From IMG/VR virus record IMGVR_UViG_3300032282_004138, positions 1 to 57,180 of that record: a DNA stretch of 57,180 nucleotides, one strand, 5' to 3'. Source of the stretch: a virus. Taxonomy: Duplodnaviria; Caudoviricetes. Below, in pieces: positions 55,933 to 57,180 of the stretch (its first letter is position 1; each line of letters opens with the position of its first letter). The position numbers and the translations under genes were made by a program. Below the pieces are notes generated by a model, which was not told the DNA's origin, ran no database searches, and saw only the letters and a list, made by a program, of their open reading frames with translations.

Positions 55933-56418
55933 TTAATCAGGTTCTTTTAACCTAACATCGTATTCAACACCACCTTGGTCATAATAAGAAATCTCAACTT
56001 CTTGTAACATGGCCGGATAATCTTGTCCAAAGACATAATCGGACATATCTTTTGGTGTACCGTAGTTATCATCTTCGTCATATGACGACATACTTAAACC
56101 AATACTTTTAGCTATTTCATTAACATCTTTCCATCTAGTATAATCACGATCGTCTAATAGTTTGATGTAAAATTTACAAACATTCATAAACCGCTCAAAT
56201 GATGTATTATCATCTGATTTAAAACGAAATTCTTCTCTAAGATAAACTCCGTGGGGCATATAATCCCAAAGGGTCTTCACAATAAATACGTTGGCAATTT
56301 TTGGCCTATTCATTGGGTTTAATGCAACCTCAAATGGCAAGTCAACACCACTAAACTGATTAGATAAATCATCCAACCAATCAGATTCTCTTAGTATTCT
56401 TTTTATTAACGGTTTCAT
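55933..56418 (-). CDS. Hypothetical protein with MKxLIKxILxE leader
   Basis: 161 aa, begins MKPLIKRILRESDWLDDL. Confidence 0.65.
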   Translation of the reverse strand: MKPLIKRILRESDWLDDLSNQFSGVDLPFEVALNPMNRPKIANVFIVKTLWDYMPHGVYLREEFRFKSDDNTSFERFMNVCKFYIKLLDDRDYTRWKDVNEIAKSIGLSMSSYDEDDNYGTPKDMSDYVFGQDYPAMLQEVEISYYDQGGVEYDVRLKEPD

Positions 56419-56857
56419 TTAACTGACTTTCTAATTCTTCTATTCTTGCTTTTAATTCTTCTATTTCTGATTCAGAATCTGCTCGACCTCTTTCGTAACC
56501 TTCTTCTTCACCTTCTTCTTTCGCCTCTCTAACATCGTTTCGGTGATCCTCATAATAAACATAATCATCACAACAACCATCACAGTCACAAGATTCTTGA
56601 CCTCTTTCAACACCTCTTTCATAAAGACTACTAGCTTCATCATAGATAAGTTCACCAATTTCTTGTAACTTATCAATATCTTTAATTCCTGCCTCAACCA
56701 ACATATCATATAGTCGTTCACCTTCAAAAGAATACTCATATTCAGCAGCATTAAACTTTTTACGAATTTGTTTTTCAACTTCCTTGGTATCAAAACCACG
56801 AACCCATTCAAATTCGTCTTGTTCTTCTTTTAATATTTTTTTAATTAGATTTTTCAT
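56381..56857 (-). CDS. Hypothetical acidic protein with MKxLIKxILxE leader
   Basis: 158 aa, begins MKNLIKKILKEEQDEFEWV; CDCDGCC cluster; GxxxG coiled coil. Confidence 0.65.
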   Translation of the reverse strand: MKNLIKKILKEEQDEFEWVRGFDTKEVEKQIRKKFNAAEYEYSFEGERLYDMLVEAGIKDIDKLQEIGELIYDEASSLYERGVERGQESCDCDGCCDDYVYYEDHRNDVREAKEEGEEEGYERGRADSESEIEELKARIEELESQLNETVNKKNTKRI

Positions 56858-56862
56858 CTTAA

Positions 56863-57180
56863 TTATAAATATCCAGATAATTTGGATTTTACCAAATCAG
56901 AGTTATCATTTATATCTTTTTCCCAAAATCTTAATAAGGGGATGTTGTTTTTAGTGCACCAATCAGTTTTAATTTTATCCTTCTCTATATTTTTAAATTG
57001 TGATTCATATACAGGTTTTGGGTGTTTACCTTCAGGATTACAGTGCCAAAAATCACCATCAACTTCTATTAAAATATTATGTTTGGGTATATAGAAATCG
57101 TAATAAGCCTTTATCTCCCTTACATAGTACTGTCTAACATATTCTACATTTGGAGGAATTAAGTTTAAAAATTTTTCTTC
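56863..57180 (-). CDS. Partial (C-terminus) Vsr/DUF559-like endonuclease
   Basis: Not in ORF track. ...YYDFYIPKHNILIEVDGDFWHCNP...DKIKTDWCTKNNIPLLRFWEKDI...; enters from the right edge. Confidence 0.82.
   Translation of the reverse strand, partial: EEKFLNLIPPNVEYVRQYYVREIKAYYDFYIPKHNILIEVDGDFWHCNPEGKHPKPVYESQFKNIEKDKIKTDWCTKNNIPLLRFWEKDINDNSDLVKSKLSGYL
56864..56873 (-). promoter_or_regulatory. Putative late promoter GATATTTATA
   Basis: 6 nt upstream of the 158-aa gene; overlaps the nuclease stop codon. Confidence 0.6.

Noticed and set aside
525-57094. Numerous short ORFs in the track nested in or antisense to long genes (e.g. 1775-2119, 26128-26508, 34899-35270, 49564-49926, 56461-56811, 56882-57094)
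   Set aside because: They overlap well-supported genes, lack motifs, and look like shadow frames of AT-rich coding DNA.

Overview
AT-rich, densely coded 57-kb segment of a large T4-like (myovirus, probably jumbo) Caudoviricetes phage genome that most likely infects Bacteroidota. Host evidence: TAnnTTTG promoters ahead of the two + strand genes, no obvious Shine-Dalgarno motifs, and SprB-, DUF1573- and GCxD-type domains. Almost all genes lie on the - strand. In transcription order (right to left) the window holds: a Vsr/DUF559-like nuclease, two small proteins starting MKxLIKxILxE, an M20/M28 peptidase (+), a gp26-like tail/hub chaperone with a candidate +1 frameshift into a gp51-like ORF, a 573-aa protein, the tape measure, a tube initiator with an OmpA-like insert, gp53/LysM, and a 2341-aa hub with M23 and DUF1573-like domains. 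Next come DUF6011 (+) and a replication block (gp32-like SSB, RecA/UvsX, 5'-3' exonuclease, DnaB-like helicase, class II RNR). Then gp25, gp6, a ~23-kb translationally coupled block of Cys/Thr/Gly-rich baseplate and fibre proteins, RuvC, primase and a partial exonuclease. All calls come from reading motifs by eye; no database searches were run. No tRNA, CRISPR array or reverse transcriptase was seen.
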